DNA of 64,000 nt from a bacterium (lineage in GTDB: Bacteria; Omnitrophota; Gorgyraeia; Aquiviventales; Aquiviventaceae), in the NCBI GenBank assembly GCA_036396895.1, contig DASWKB010000004.1, positions 8,829 through 72,828 of the forward strand, written 5' to 3'. This document shows positions 27,366-35,980 of this stretch, in pieces. The notes below the pieces were generated by a model that made no database searches, was not told the origin of the DNA, and saw only the letters and a list, made by a program, of their open reading frames with translations. The first letter of the stretch is position 1. Every line of letters starts with the position of its first letter. Position numbers and translations under genes: made by a program.

Positions 27366-29350
27366 TCAACGAAGCTGGGTCCCCAGGCGGCCGGCGAGGC
27401 TCGCCGTCACGCGCCGGTGCAGCTCATCCGCCTCGGCGGCGGTGAGCGTGCGCGACGGATCGCGGTATTCCAGACTGAACGTGAGGCTGTACGTGCCCGG
27501 CGCGAGCTGCGGCCCGACGTAGCGGTCGATCAGCTCGACGCGGGACGCCAGCGGCCCCGCGGCTTCGCGGATCGCGCCGTCCACCTCGGCATACGTCACG
27601 CGCTCCGGCACGCACAGCGACAGGTCCCGCTTCACGGGCGGAAACGCCGGAGGCGGCTGCGCGTCCGACGGAGACCGGCCGGTCAGCTCGAGCGCCGCCG
27701 CGTCAAGTTCCGCAAGCCACAGATCCGAATCGATCCCGATCCTCGCGGCGACCGCCGCGTGCAGCAGCCCGGCCGCGCCGACGGCCACCCCGTCCGCCAG
27801 GAGGCGTAGGCCGTGGCCCGGCTCCGCCCAGGCGAGGGTGTCGTCGCGCTCGACGCCCAGGCGCGCCCCGCGCCCGGCCTGACGCACGAGCGCCTCGATG
27901 AGTCCTTTCAGTCTCGGCAGGTCCGCCGGCAACCGGTGCCGCCATCCGCCCGCCCATTCGCCCGCGAGCGCGATGGCGAATGCCGAACGCTCCGGGCGCG
28001 GCCCGGGCGCGAACACCTCTCCCAGCTCGAAGAGCCTGACGCCCGCAGCCCCCCGCGAGAGGTTCTCGCGCACCGCCTTCGCCAGCCCGATCAGCAGCGA
28101 CGGGCGCAGAAACGCCACATCCTGGCTCAGCGGATTGCTGAGCTTGACCGCGCCGTCTTCGCCCCGCCCCCAGACCGCGAGGTCCTCGCCCGAGACGAGC
28201 GCCCAGGTGATGGCTTCCATCAGACCGAGTCCCGCGGCGGCGTCGCGCAGCGCATCCGCCGGGTCGGGCCCGGGTGGGACCTCGCCCGCCACGGGAGCGG
28301 ACGGCACGCTGGCCGGCAGCGCGTCATACCCGGTGAGCCGGGCGACTTCCTCGTACAAGTCGACCGGCGAGCGCAGATCCGGTCGAAACGACGGCACCGT
28401 CACCCGCATCGCCCCCGCGCCTTCCAGCGCCGCCACCCGGCAGGACGCCCGCACCAGGGTCGTCCGGATGTCCCCCGCGGGGATCGTCGCGCCCAGCCAC
28501 CGGTTCAGGCGCCGGGCGTCCATCGCGATCACCGTCCGCCCGGACGTTCGGCGCCCCGCGTCGATCGCGGCGCGCCCGCGCCCTCCGGCGAACTCCGCGA
28601 TCAGCGCCGCCGCGCGCTCCGACGCGGCCTCGACGCCTTCCGGGTCGACGCCGCGCTCGAAGCGGTACGACGATTCGCTCCCCAGTCCTATCGCCCGCGA
28701 CGTCCGCCGGATCAGCGCCGGGTCGAACTGCGCGCTTTCAAGCAGGACCGCACGGGTCGTCTCCGCCACTTCGCTGCCGGCGCCACCCATGATGCCCGCC
28801 ACCGCGACCGCGCGCTCGGCGTCCGCGATCACCAGCGTCTCGCGGCCGAGGCGCCGCTCGACGCCGTCGAGCGTGGTGATCGGCTCATCCGCCTTCGCCC
28901 TGCGCACCTCGATCAGGCCGCCCGCCAGGCGCGAGAAATCGAACGCGTGCAGCGGCTGTCCGAGCTCGAAGAGCACGTAGTTGGTGATGTCCACGATGTT
29001 GTTGATCGGACGGGCGCCGCAGGCGATGAGCCGGCGCTGCATCCACGCGGGCGAGGGGCGAATGACGACGGGCCCAGCCCCCTCGAGGCCACCCCGCCGC
29101 GCGCGGGGCGGCCCCTCGGGGGCTGGCCCCTTAGAGCCGTACCGGTGACGGCGGCGACTTCGCGCGCGAGGCCGAGGATCGAGAGACAGTCGGCGCGGTT
29201 CGGCGTGACCTCCACCTCGAAGACGGGCCCGCCGTCTGAGTCCGCGATGTCCTCGACGAGCAGTCCGGCCATCGTGAGCCGCTCGGCCAGCGCCTCCGGC
29301 CTCATCCGGATCGCCACGAACTCCTTGAGCCATTCGAGGGGAACCTTCAT
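27366..29350 (-). CDS. pheT: Phenylalanine--tRNA ligase beta subunit, reading frame broken near 29070-29131
   Basis: The N-terminus MKVPLEWLKEF...EVEVTPNRADCLSILGLAREVAAVTGTAL is in the frame of ORF 28913..29362. From VVIRPSPAWMQRRLIACGARPINNIVDITNYV onward it lies in the frame of ORF 27366..29447. No OB-fold tRNA-binding domain after the B1 segment. Confidence 0.75.
29071..29130. repeat. GC-rich imperfect palindrome inside pheT at the frame junction
   Basis: GGCCCAGCCCCCTCGAGGCCACCCCGCCGC | GCGCGGGGCGGCCCCTCGGGGGCTGGCCCC. The 62 nt between the last and first recognisable PheT residues is not a multiple of 3. Confidence 0.7.
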
Positions 29351-29367
29351 CAGGCAGAACAACCCAT

Positions 29368-29445
29368 GCCAAATGCGGAATGCGGAATGCGGAATGCGGA
29401 ATTACCCGCCATTCCGAATTCCCAATTCCGAATTCCCAATTTGGC
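29368..29445. repeat. Word-built inverted repeat, GGAAT-heptad family, between pheS and pheT
   Basis: GCCAAAT(GCGGAAT)x4 - TACCCGCC - ATTCCGAATTCCCAATTCCGAATTCCCAATTTGGC. 29/35 arm positions are complementary. Confidence 0.9.
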
Positions 29446-29459
29446 ACGATACGTCTTGG

Positions 29460-30494
29460 TTACCATTGTTCGAGGAATCGGATGTCGTTCTCGAAGAGGA
29501 GGCGGATGTCCTTGACGCCGCGCATGAGCATGGCGATGCGCTCCACGCCCATGCCGAAGGCGAATCCCTGCACGCGCGCCGGGTCGTGTCCACAGGCCCT
29601 GAGCACATTCGGATGCACCATGCCGCACCCCATGATCTCGATCCATCGCTTCTTCGCGAACGACGTCTGCGCCCCCGCCGTCAGCGAAGAGGCGATATCC
29701 ACCTCGGCCGAGGGCTCCGTGAACGGAAAATAGTGCGGGCGGAAGCGCGTCTTCGTGCCGGGCCCGAACAACGACTTCAGGAAGCGGTCGAGCACCCCCT
29801 TGAGGTCGGCGAAATTCGTCCGGTCATCGACCATCAGCCCCTCGACCTGATGGAACATGAAGCTGTGCCCGGGATCGAGCGCATCGCGGCGGTAGACCTT
29901 GCCCGGAACCACGATGCGCAGCGGCGGGCGGCGCCGCTCCATCACCCGGATCTGCACCGGCGAGGTGTGGCTGCGCAGGAGCAGGCGGCCCCGCTTGGGA
30001 TCCGGCGACGGCAGGTCGACGAAGAACGTGTCGAACGACTCGCGCGAAGGGTGGTCGGGCGGGATGTTCAGGCCGTCGAAATTGTAGTACTCAAACTCCA
30101 TCTCCGGACCCGTCGCCGCCTCGAAGCCCATCGCCGCGAACACGGCGAGAATGCGACGGGCCGTGATCGTGACCGGGTGGAGGCGGCCGGAGGCGACGGG
30201 GTCGCCCGGCAGCGTCACGTCAGGCGCGGGGCGGCGGCGGGTCTCTGCGAGCGCGCCTCGCCGAGCCGCCAGCTGCGATTCGAGGCCGGCCTTGAGGGCG
30301 TTCACCCGGCGCCCGATCGCTCCGCGCTGCTCCGCGGGGAACTCCGGGATGCGCTTCAGCGCATCCTGCAGACGGCTCTTGCGGCCCAGGTACGCCACGC
30401 GCAGCCGCTCGAGATCGTCCAGCGACGCCGCCTGAGCGATGCTCGCAACGGCCTCGTCCGCCAGCCGGTTGAGCTCACCGATGAGATCCGTCAT
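29460..30494 (-). CDS. pheS: Phenylalanine--tRNA ligase alpha subunit
   Basis: 344 aa. Class II motifs HPxxxxxD (PPDHPSRESFDTFF), LRSHTSPVQIR, FRPHYFPFTEPSAEVD, GCGMVHPNV, AFGMGVERIAML. Confidence 0.95.
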   Translation of the reverse strand: MTDLIGELNRLADEAVASIAQAASLDDLERLRVAYLGRKSRLQDALKRIPEFPAEQRGAIGRRVNALKAGLESQLAARRGALAETRRRPAPDVTLPGDPVASGRLHPVTITARRILAVFAAMGFEAATGPEMEFEYYNFDGLNIPPDHPSRESFDTFFVDLPSPDPKRGRLLLRSHTSPVQIRVMERRRPPLRIVVPGKVYRRDALDPGHSFMFHQVEGLMVDDRTNFADLKGVLDRFLKSLFGPGTKTRFRPHYFPFTEPSAEVDIASSLTAGAQTSFAKKRWIEIMGCGMVHPNVLRACGHDPARVQGFAFGMGVERIAMLMRGVKDIRLLFENDIRFLEQW

Positions 30495-30518
30495 GTCGCG
30501 CGCCGGGACCCGGCGGCC

Positions 30519-30866
30519 TCAGACGGTGGCTTGGGCGACGAGCTCGTCGAACGCTTGGGGGTCGTTGACGGCAAGTTCCGACAGCTGCTGGCGGTTGAGC
30601 TTCACGTTCGCCTCCCGGAAGGCCGCTATCAGGCGGCTGTACGTCAGCCCGCGCGAACGGGCCGCCGCGTTCAACCGGATGACCCAGATGTTCCGGAATT
30701 CGCGCTTCTTCACCTTGCGGTCCCGCGTCCGGTAGGCCATCGCCCGGATCACGGTCTCTTTCACCTTCCGTAGCTGCACCCGCCGCGCCCCGCGATACCC
30801 TTTGGCGCGCTTCAGCAGGCGCTTGCGCCTGCGGTGCGAGGCCACCTGCCATCTCACCTTCGCCAT
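30519..30866 (-). CDS. rplT: 50S ribosomal protein L20
   Basis: HRRRKRLLKRAKGYRGARR...FRNIWVIRLNAAAR. Confidence 0.95.
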   Translation of the reverse strand: MAKVRWQVASHRRRKRLLKRAKGYRGARRVQLRKVKETVIRAMAYRTRDRKVKKREFRNIWVIRLNAAARSRGLTYSRLIAAFREANVKLNRQQLSELAVNDPQAFDELVAQATV

Positions 30867-30934
30867 GACCTGTCTCCTCTTGTTCGACCCGTCATCGGTG
30901 CGTCATGTCCGCTCCGGCATGCCGGAGCGGACAT

Positions 30935-31132
30935 TTACGCGTAGGGCATGAGCCGGCGCAGCTGCTTGGCCTCGGGGGCCGGGATCAGCCGCCTGCGCCG
31001 GTGGTGCCGCTTGTATTTGCCTCGCTTGTTGGTCAACAGGTGCCGCCGCCCTGGCGGGAACGCCCGAACCTTACCCGTGCCGCTGACCTTGAACCGCCGC
31101 TTCACGCCTTTCACCGTCTTGATTTTCGGCAT
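30935..31132 (-). CDS. rpmI: 50S ribosomal protein L35
   Basis: MPKIKTVKGVKRRFKVSGTGKV...HLLTNK. Confidence 0.9.
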   Translation of the reverse strand: MPKIKTVKGVKRRFKVSGTGKVRAFPPGRRHLLTNKRGKYKRHHRRRRLIPAPEAKQLRRLMPYA

Positions 31133-31743
31133 TATGTCCTCGCTTGCGTGGTGGCCTCGCCGCCCGCGCCGGATGCGCCCTGGCGTTTGGCGCCGCCCTG
31201 CTTGCGCGCGGACTCCTTCGCGATCCGGCGGATGCCGTCGCGGTCCGGCGCCAGGATCATGGTCATCATGCGGCCTTCCATCGACGGCGTGCGCTCGATT
31301 TTCGCGATCGCTCTCAGGTCGTCGACCAGGCGGTCGAGGATGCGCACGCCGAGCTCCGTGTGCGCCATCTCGCGCCCGCGGTACACCATGGTCACTTTCG
31401 CCTGATCGCCCCGCATCAGAAACCGCTGGAGCATCCCCAGCTTGACGTCGTAGTCGTGCCGCTCGATGTGCGGCTTGAACTTCACTTCCTTGAGCTTGGT
31501 GGTGCGATGCTTTTTCTTGGCTTCGCGCTCCCGCCGCTGCTCGTCGTACTTGAACTTGTTGAAGTCCATGAGCCGGCAGACGGGGGGCGTGGCTTGCGGA
31601 GCGACTTCGACCAGATCCAGCCCCTGCTCGCGCGCCATGCGGAGCGCGTCGCTCGATGAGATAATACCCAGTTGGCTGCCGTCCGCCGCGATCGCCCGCA
31701 CCTGTGGAGCCCGGATCCGATCGTTGATTCGAAGCTGTCTCAC
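31132..31743 (-). CDS. infC: Translation initiation factor IF-3 (GTG start)
   Basis: RINDRIRAPQVRAIAADGSQLGIISSSDALRMAREQGLDLVEVAPQATPPVCRLMDFNKFKY. Confidence 0.9.
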   Translation of the reverse strand: MRQLRINDRIRAPQVRAIAADGSQLGIISSSDALRMAREQGLDLVEVAPQATPPVCRLMDFNKFKYDEQRREREAKKKHRTTKLKEVKFKPHIERHDYDVKLGMLQRFLMRGDQAKVTMVYRGREMAHTELGVRILDRLVDDLRAIAKIERTPSMEGRMMTMILAPDRDGIRRIAKESARKQGGAKRQGASGAGGEATTQART

Positions 31744-31799
31744 CGCTCCTCTCCCTCCTTTGCTCCGCTGCGCTTCGCCTCGAACAAAAAAGCCAATCT

Positions 31800-31857
31800 G
31801 ATTACACGGATTTTCGAACGGATTACACGGATTAAGCCTTCATCAATCCGTGTGATC
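31800..31857. repeat. GATTACACGGATT word: two direct copies plus one inverted copy
   Basis: GATTACACGGATT at 31800 and 31821. AATCCGTGTGATC at 31845-31857, overlapping the last codons and stop of thrS. Confidence 0.75.
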
Positions 31858-33618
31858 AACCTCGTGTTTGTCCTCGATAACGCGGGAGGCCAGGTCCGCC
31901 GCCGCCATCGCCCCGAGATCGCCCTCCCGTCGATGGCGGACCGCGACCGTGCCCGCCTCGGCTTCCCGCTTCCCGACCACCGCCATATACGGCACCTGCT
32001 GGAGCTGAGCGTCGCGGATCTTCGCCTGCATCCGTTCGTTGCGTTCATCGACCGACGCCCGCAGGCCGCGCGCCCGCAGTGCCTCGGCGATTGCGCGCGC
32101 GTAGCCGTGGACCGCCTCGCTCACCGGGATCACCGCCACCTGCACCGGAGCCAGCCACGCCGGCAGCGCGCCGGCGTAGTGCTCAAGCAGCACTCCGAAA
32201 AACCGCTCGACCGAGCCCCACAGCGCCCGGTGCACCATCAGCGGGCGCTGCGGCTTGCCCTCCTCGTCAATATACTCCAGGTTGAAGCGCGCCGGCAGAT
32301 TGAAGTCGAACTGTACCGTGGTCAGCTGCCAGGCCCGCCCGATCGCGTCGATGAGCTTGACGTCGATCTTCGGGCCGTAGAACGCCGCCTCGCCTTTCAT
32401 GAGCGTATAGGGGACCTTGAGGCGCTCAAGCGTGCTCGTCAGGGCGTCGGTGGCGCGGCGCCAGTCCTCCGGGTTGCCGGCGTAGTGCGCCGCCTCGCCC
32501 TCGTCCCAATCGGACAGCTCCACGACGTAGTCGTCGAACCCGAACGCCCGGAGCGTCTCCCAGGCGAAGCGGATGCATCCCTCCACCTCCGCCTCGATGT
32601 GGTCCGGACGGCAGAAAATGTGCGCGTCATCCTGGGTGAAGCCGCGCACCCGCATGAGCCCGTGAAGGACGCCCGAGCGCTCGTAGCGGTACACGGTGCC
32701 AAGCTCCGCCAGCCGGACGGGCAGCTCCCGGTAGCTGCGCAGGCGCGACTTGTAGATCAGGATGTGGCCCGGGCAGTTCATCGGCTTGAGCTGATACTGA
32801 GCCGTCTCGACCTCGATCGGCGCGAACATGTTGTCCCGGTAAAAGCTCGTATGCCCGCTGGTCTGCCACAGCTCCTCCCGCATGATGTGCGGCGTGTAGA
32901 CAAGGTCGTAGCCCCGCGCCAGGAGCTCGCGGCGGAGCCAGTCCTCCATGAGCGTGCGCACCAGCGCGCCCTTCGGATGCCAGAAGATGAGTCCGGGGCC
33001 GGCCGCCTCTTCGATGCTGAAGAGCTCAAGCGCGGTCCCCAGCTTGCGATGATCGCGGCGCTTCGCCTCCTCCAGCCGGTGGAGATGCCGATCGAGGTCC
33101 TCCTGAGTCAGGAACGCCGTCCCGTAGACGCGCTGCAGCTGGGGCCGGCGCTCGTCTCCGCGCCAGTACGCGCCCGCCAAGCTCAACAGCTTGAACGCCC
33201 GCACCTGGCCCGTCGAGGCCACATGCGGGCCCTCGCAGAGATCGACGAACTCGCCGTCGGTGTACAACGACACGCTCGCGTCCGGGATCCCCTCGATAAT
33301 CTCGAGCTTGTAGCGCTCGTTCCGCTCGCGGAAGAACGCCAGCGCCTCGTCCTTGCTCATGGAGGAGCGCACGAAGGGGTGGTCCTCCTCGACGATCTTG
33401 CGCATTTCGGCCTCAATGGCGCCGAGCGACTCCTCCGTCAGCGCCGCCGGCAGCTCGAGGTCGTAGTAGAACCCGTCCTCAATCGGCGGGCCGATCGCCA
33501 GCTTCGACTCCGGATGCAGCCGGCGGACCGCCTGCGCCATGATGTGCGCCGCGCTGTGCCTGAGCGCGTAGAGCGGATCCGTCTGCTTCCTGAGTTCTTT
33601 CTGGCCTGTGTGACCCAT
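31843..33618 (-). CDS. thrS: Threonine--tRNA ligase, short form without N-terminal TGS domain
   Basis: Starts close to the editing-domain motif LRHSAAHIMAQA, with CEGPHV further on. Class II core RVRGFTQDDAHIF, GRAWQLTTVQFDF. Start set at ATG 33618 because the listed start 33654 lies inside a repeat arm. Confidence 0.9.
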   Translation of the reverse strand: MGHTGQKELRKQTDPLYALRHSAAHIMAQAVRRLHPESKLAIGPPIEDGFYYDLELPAALTEESLGAIEAEMRKIVEEDHPFVRSSMSKDEALAFFRERNERYKLEIIEGIPDASVSLYTDGEFVDLCEGPHVASTGQVRAFKLLSLAGAYWRGDERRPQLQRVYGTAFLTQEDLDRHLHRLEEAKRRDHRKLGTALELFSIEEAAGPGLIFWHPKGALVRTLMEDWLRRELLARGYDLVYTPHIMREELWQTSGHTSFYRDNMFAPIEVETAQYQLKPMNCPGHILIYKSRLRSYRELPVRLAELGTVYRYERSGVLHGLMRVRGFTQDDAHIFCRPDHIEAEVEGCIRFAWETLRAFGFDDYVVELSDWDEGEAAHYAGNPEDWRRATDALTSTLERLKVPYTLMKGEAAFYGPKIDVKLIDAIGRAWQLTTVQFDFNLPARFNLEYIDEEGKPQRPLMVHRALWGSVERFFGVLLEHYAGALPAWLAPVQVAVIPVSEAVHGYARAIAEALRARGLRASVDERNERMQAKIRDAQLQQVPYMAVVGKREAEAGTVAVRHRREGDLGAMAAADLASRVIEDKHEVDHTD

Positions 33619-33638
33619 TATCGCCCGCTGTGCCGCGT

Positions 33639-33795
33639 CATGCGTAACGCGCAACGCGTAACGTGCGTCCGCATTCGAGCGCCTCGAGTTCCGGGACCAA
33701 CAGCCACCGCCGAGTGCGGCTCGACGGCGCGCGCTATTCGGAGCATGTCGCTGTCCATGTCAATCGCCACGTTGCGCGTTTCACGTTACGCGACG
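33639..33795. repeat. CGTAACG-word inverted arms separated by ~100 nt, upstream of thrS
   Basis: Left CATGCGTAACGCGCAACGCGTAACGTGCG (33639-33667). Right GCCACGTTGCGCGTTTCACGTTACGCGACG (33766-33795). Confidence 0.6.
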
Positions 33796-33816
33796 CCGTC
33801 TTTCGTAGATACGAGC

Positions 33817-33893
33817 TGGTGGGCGTAAGAGGACTCGAACCTCTGACCTCTTCCATGTCAAGGAAGCGCTCTAACCAACTGAGCTATACGCCC
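33817..33893 (-). tRNA. tRNA-Val (anticodon GAC), CCA encoded
   Basis: Manual cloverleaf: GGGCGTA/TACGCCC acceptor, GCTC..GAGC D-arm, CTTCC-TTGACAT-GGAAG anticodon arm, AGAGG-TTCGAGT-CCTCT T-arm, ACCA. Confidence 0.9.
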
Positions 33894-33910
33894 CTACTCA
33901 GATATCCCAT

Positions 33911-33998
33911 GCCAAATGGAGAATGCCGAATTCGGAATGCGGAATATTCGTGTTGGAGTTCAATTCCGCATTCCGAACTCCGAATTCCGCATTGGAAA
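33911..33998. repeat. Word-built inverted repeat, GGAAT-heptad family, between tRNA-Val and tRNA-Leu
   Basis: GCCAAATGGAGAATGCCGAATTCGGAATGCGGAAT - loop - ATTCCGCATTCCGAACTCCGAATTCCGCATTGGAAAT. Confidence 0.85.
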
Positions 33999-34082
33999 TG
34001 CCGGGGGTGGGAGTCGAACCCACACGCCCTTGCGGGCACAAGATCTTAAGTCTCGCGCGTCTCCCAGTTCCGCCACCCCGGC
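33999..34082 (-). tRNA. tRNA-Leu (anticodon TAA), long variable arm, no encoded CCA
   Basis: GCCGGGG/CCCCGGC acceptor, CGAGA-CTTAAGA-TCTTG anticodon arm, variable arm TGCCCGCAAGGGCGT, GTGGG-TTCGACT-CCCAC T-arm. Confidence 0.9.
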
Positions 34083-34091
34083 GATGCGTAT

Positions 34092-34164
34092 CCTGTGTAA
34101 TGTGTGATGTGTAATGGCTGGCCGAACTTGCATTACACATTACACATTGAACATTACACAACAG
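34092..34164. repeat. Word-built inverted repeat, TGTAATG family, between tRNA-Leu and tRNA-Cys
   Basis: CCTGTGTAATGTGTGATGTGTAATGG - loop - CATTACACATTACACATTGAACATTACACAACAG. Confidence 0.85.
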
Positions 34165-34239
34165 TGGAGGCGGCGACCGGAATCGAACCGGTGTGTAGAG
34201 GTTTTGCAGACCTCCGCCTTCCCACTTGGCTACGCCGCC
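34165..34239 (-). tRNA. tRNA-Cys (anticodon GCA), CCA encoded
   Basis: GGCGGCG/CGCCGCC acceptor, GAGGT-CTGCAAA-ACCTC anticodon arm, ACCGG-TTCGATT-CCGGT T-arm, TCCA. Confidence 0.9.
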
Positions 34240-34255
34240 GATGGTGTCGCATCCG

Positions 34256-34900
34256 TCACGGGTGCCGGAGACGCCAGAGCGCCTCGATGCGGCCGAACAG
34301 CCGCCGGGCCGCTTCGGGTTTTCCGATCCTCCCCAGCGGCTCGGCCGCGCAGCCGCGCTCAAGCAGCCAGGCGCGGATCGGCCGGCGGCCGAACGGCGCC
34401 CCGGTCGGTTCGCTGCGCTGGGCCAGCACGAGATCGAGACGCTTCTCCCGGAGTTTCCGCCCGGCCCGCGCGGGCACCGACCGGCTCTCGATCGCGAAAC
34501 CCGCGCGCACCTGACCGGGCCGGACCGGCAGTCCCGCGATCACGTCCGGCGTCGGCGCAAGGCACAGCGTCAGCCGGCCCGCGCGCCGGAGTTTGCCCGC
34601 CGTTCGCCGCACCGGGCGAAAATCCGCCACCGCGGCCGCCATTACGATCGCGTCCGCGCGCGGCGCTTCGCGGCGCAACGCGCGCGCCAAGTCCGCGGCG
34701 CGCTCGATCGACACGCGCCGCACGCCCGCCGGCAGCGGCTCCGATACGGGTCCGCTCACGACGGTCACCCGGTGGCCGCGCCGCCGCGCCTCGCGCGCGA
34801 GCGCCGCGCCCATGTATCCGGTCGAATAGTTCGACAGATACCGGACGGCGTCGATCGGCTCGCGGGTCGGGCCCGAGGCGATCAGCACCTTCATCTTCAT
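34256..34900 (-). CDS. coaB: Phosphopantothenate--cysteine ligase (CoaB) as a separate gene
   Basis: MKMKVLIASGPTREPIDAVRYLSNYSTGYMG...AAAVADFRP. Start at the in-frame ATG 34900; upstream residues of the listed ORF are a translated repeat. Confidence 0.8.
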   Translation of the reverse strand: MKMKVLIASGPTREPIDAVRYLSNYSTGYMGAALAREARRRGHRVTVVSGPVSEPLPAGVRRVSIERAADLARALRREAPRADAIVMAAAVADFRPVRRTAGKLRRAGRLTLCLAPTPDVIAGLPVRPGQVRAGFAIESRSVPARAGRKLREKRLDLVLAQRSEPTGAPFGRRPIRAWLLERGCAAEPLGRIGKPEAARRLFGRIEALWRLRHP

Positions 34901-35017
34901 CACAGAGATCACAGAGCGCGGACGACACCACAGAGACCACAGTGACCCACGACGCACCAGCGGTCACAGAAGACGTGCTCCATGCCTCTGTGAAGGCGCT
35001 GTGACATCTCTGGTGTG
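34901..35017. repeat. Word-built inverted repeat, CACAGAG family, between coaC and coaB
   Basis: CACAGAGATCACAGAGCGCGGACGACACCACAGAGACCACAGTGAC ... GCCTCTGTGAAGGCGCTGTGACATCTCTGGTGTG. Confidence 0.8.
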
Positions 35018-35042
35018 CAGCTGATTGTTCCGCCGCGCTCTC

Positions 35043-35696
35043 TCAGCGGCGCTTCGCTTTGGCCCTGGCTTTCGGCCTCGGCTTCGCCTTGGGTTTGGCC
35101 CGCGCGGGCTCGCGCCGGACGGGCCCAAGCAGGGTCCCGGCCGCCGCGGGGGCCGCCGGCGGCACCAGCTGCTTGATCACCCGGAGCAGCTCATCCATCT
35201 CGGCCAGATGGCCGATCGCCTCGTACCCGCACGCGAGCTTGCCCACGTCCGGGCCGACGATCTTCACCCCGAGCCGCTTCAGCGTGGTGACGTTCCGCTG
35301 GACCGTGGGGTGCTGCCACATGTGCACGTTCATCGCGGGCGCCATGACGATCTTCGCCCGGGTCGCCAGCAGGAGACACGACAGCAAATCATCGGCGAGG
35401 CCGTTGGCGAACTTGCCGATGATGTTCGCCGTCGCCGGAGCCACCACCACCACTTTGGCGTGGTCCGCCAAGGAGGTATGCAGGACCCGCCCGTCATCGC
35501 TGTCGAACAAGTCGGTGTGCACGCGCCGTTCGGTCAGCGTCTGGAGCGTCGCCGGCGCGATGAACCGGGTCGCCCGCTGGGTCATCACGCACGTCACCGC
35601 GTAGCCGGTCTCGCGCAGATGGCGGACGATGTCTCCCGACTTATACGCGCCGATCGAGCCCGTCACTCCCAGGATGATCTCCGGTGCGTTGATCAT
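35043..35696 (-). CDS. coaC: Phosphopantothenoylcysteine decarboxylase (CoaC flavoprotein) with K/A/P-rich C-terminal tail
   Basis: IILGVTGSIGAYKSGDIVRHL, VVVAPATANIIGKFANGLADDLL, PAMNVHMW. Tail ARAKPKAKPRPKARAKAKRR. Confidence 0.85.
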   Translation of the reverse strand: MINAPEIILGVTGSIGAYKSGDIVRHLRETGYAVTCVMTQRATRFIAPATLQTLTERRVHTDLFDSDDGRVLHTSLADHAKVVVVAPATANIIGKFANGLADDLLSCLLLATRAKIVMAPAMNVHMWQHPTVQRNVTTLKRLGVKIVGPDVGKLACGYEAIGHLAEMDELLRVIKQLVPPAAPAAAGTLLGPVRREPARAKPKAKPRPKARAKAKRR

Positions 35697-35956
35697 GCTG
35701 CCTGCGCCCTTTTCTTCTCGTCTTTCTTCCCCGCCCGGCCCTTCTTCCCGGCGCCCTCCTCAAGCTCCGGGGCCTCATACACCACCTTATCATCGAGAAT
35801 TTCATCCAGCGCCACGGACGTTACTTTTTGCTTGGACGATTCGATCAGCTTGGGCGCGCCGCTCGCCAGCTCTTTCGCCCGCCGCGCCGCTAAGAGCACC
35901 AGCTTATACACCCCGCCGCAGCGCCTGCGCAGATCTTCGATCGGTACTTGCGACAT
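35693..35956 (-). CDS. rpoZ: DNA-directed RNA polymerase omega subunit
   Basis: YKLVLLAARRAKEL motif, 87 aa, located next to gmk. Confidence 0.8.
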   Translation of the reverse strand: MSQVPIEDLRRRCGGVYKLVLLAARRAKELASGAPKLIESSKQKVTSVALDEILDDKVVYEAPELEEGAGKKGRAGKKDEKKRAQAA

Positions 35957-35980
35957 GCTGCCCCCTCTGCTCCCGCGGCC

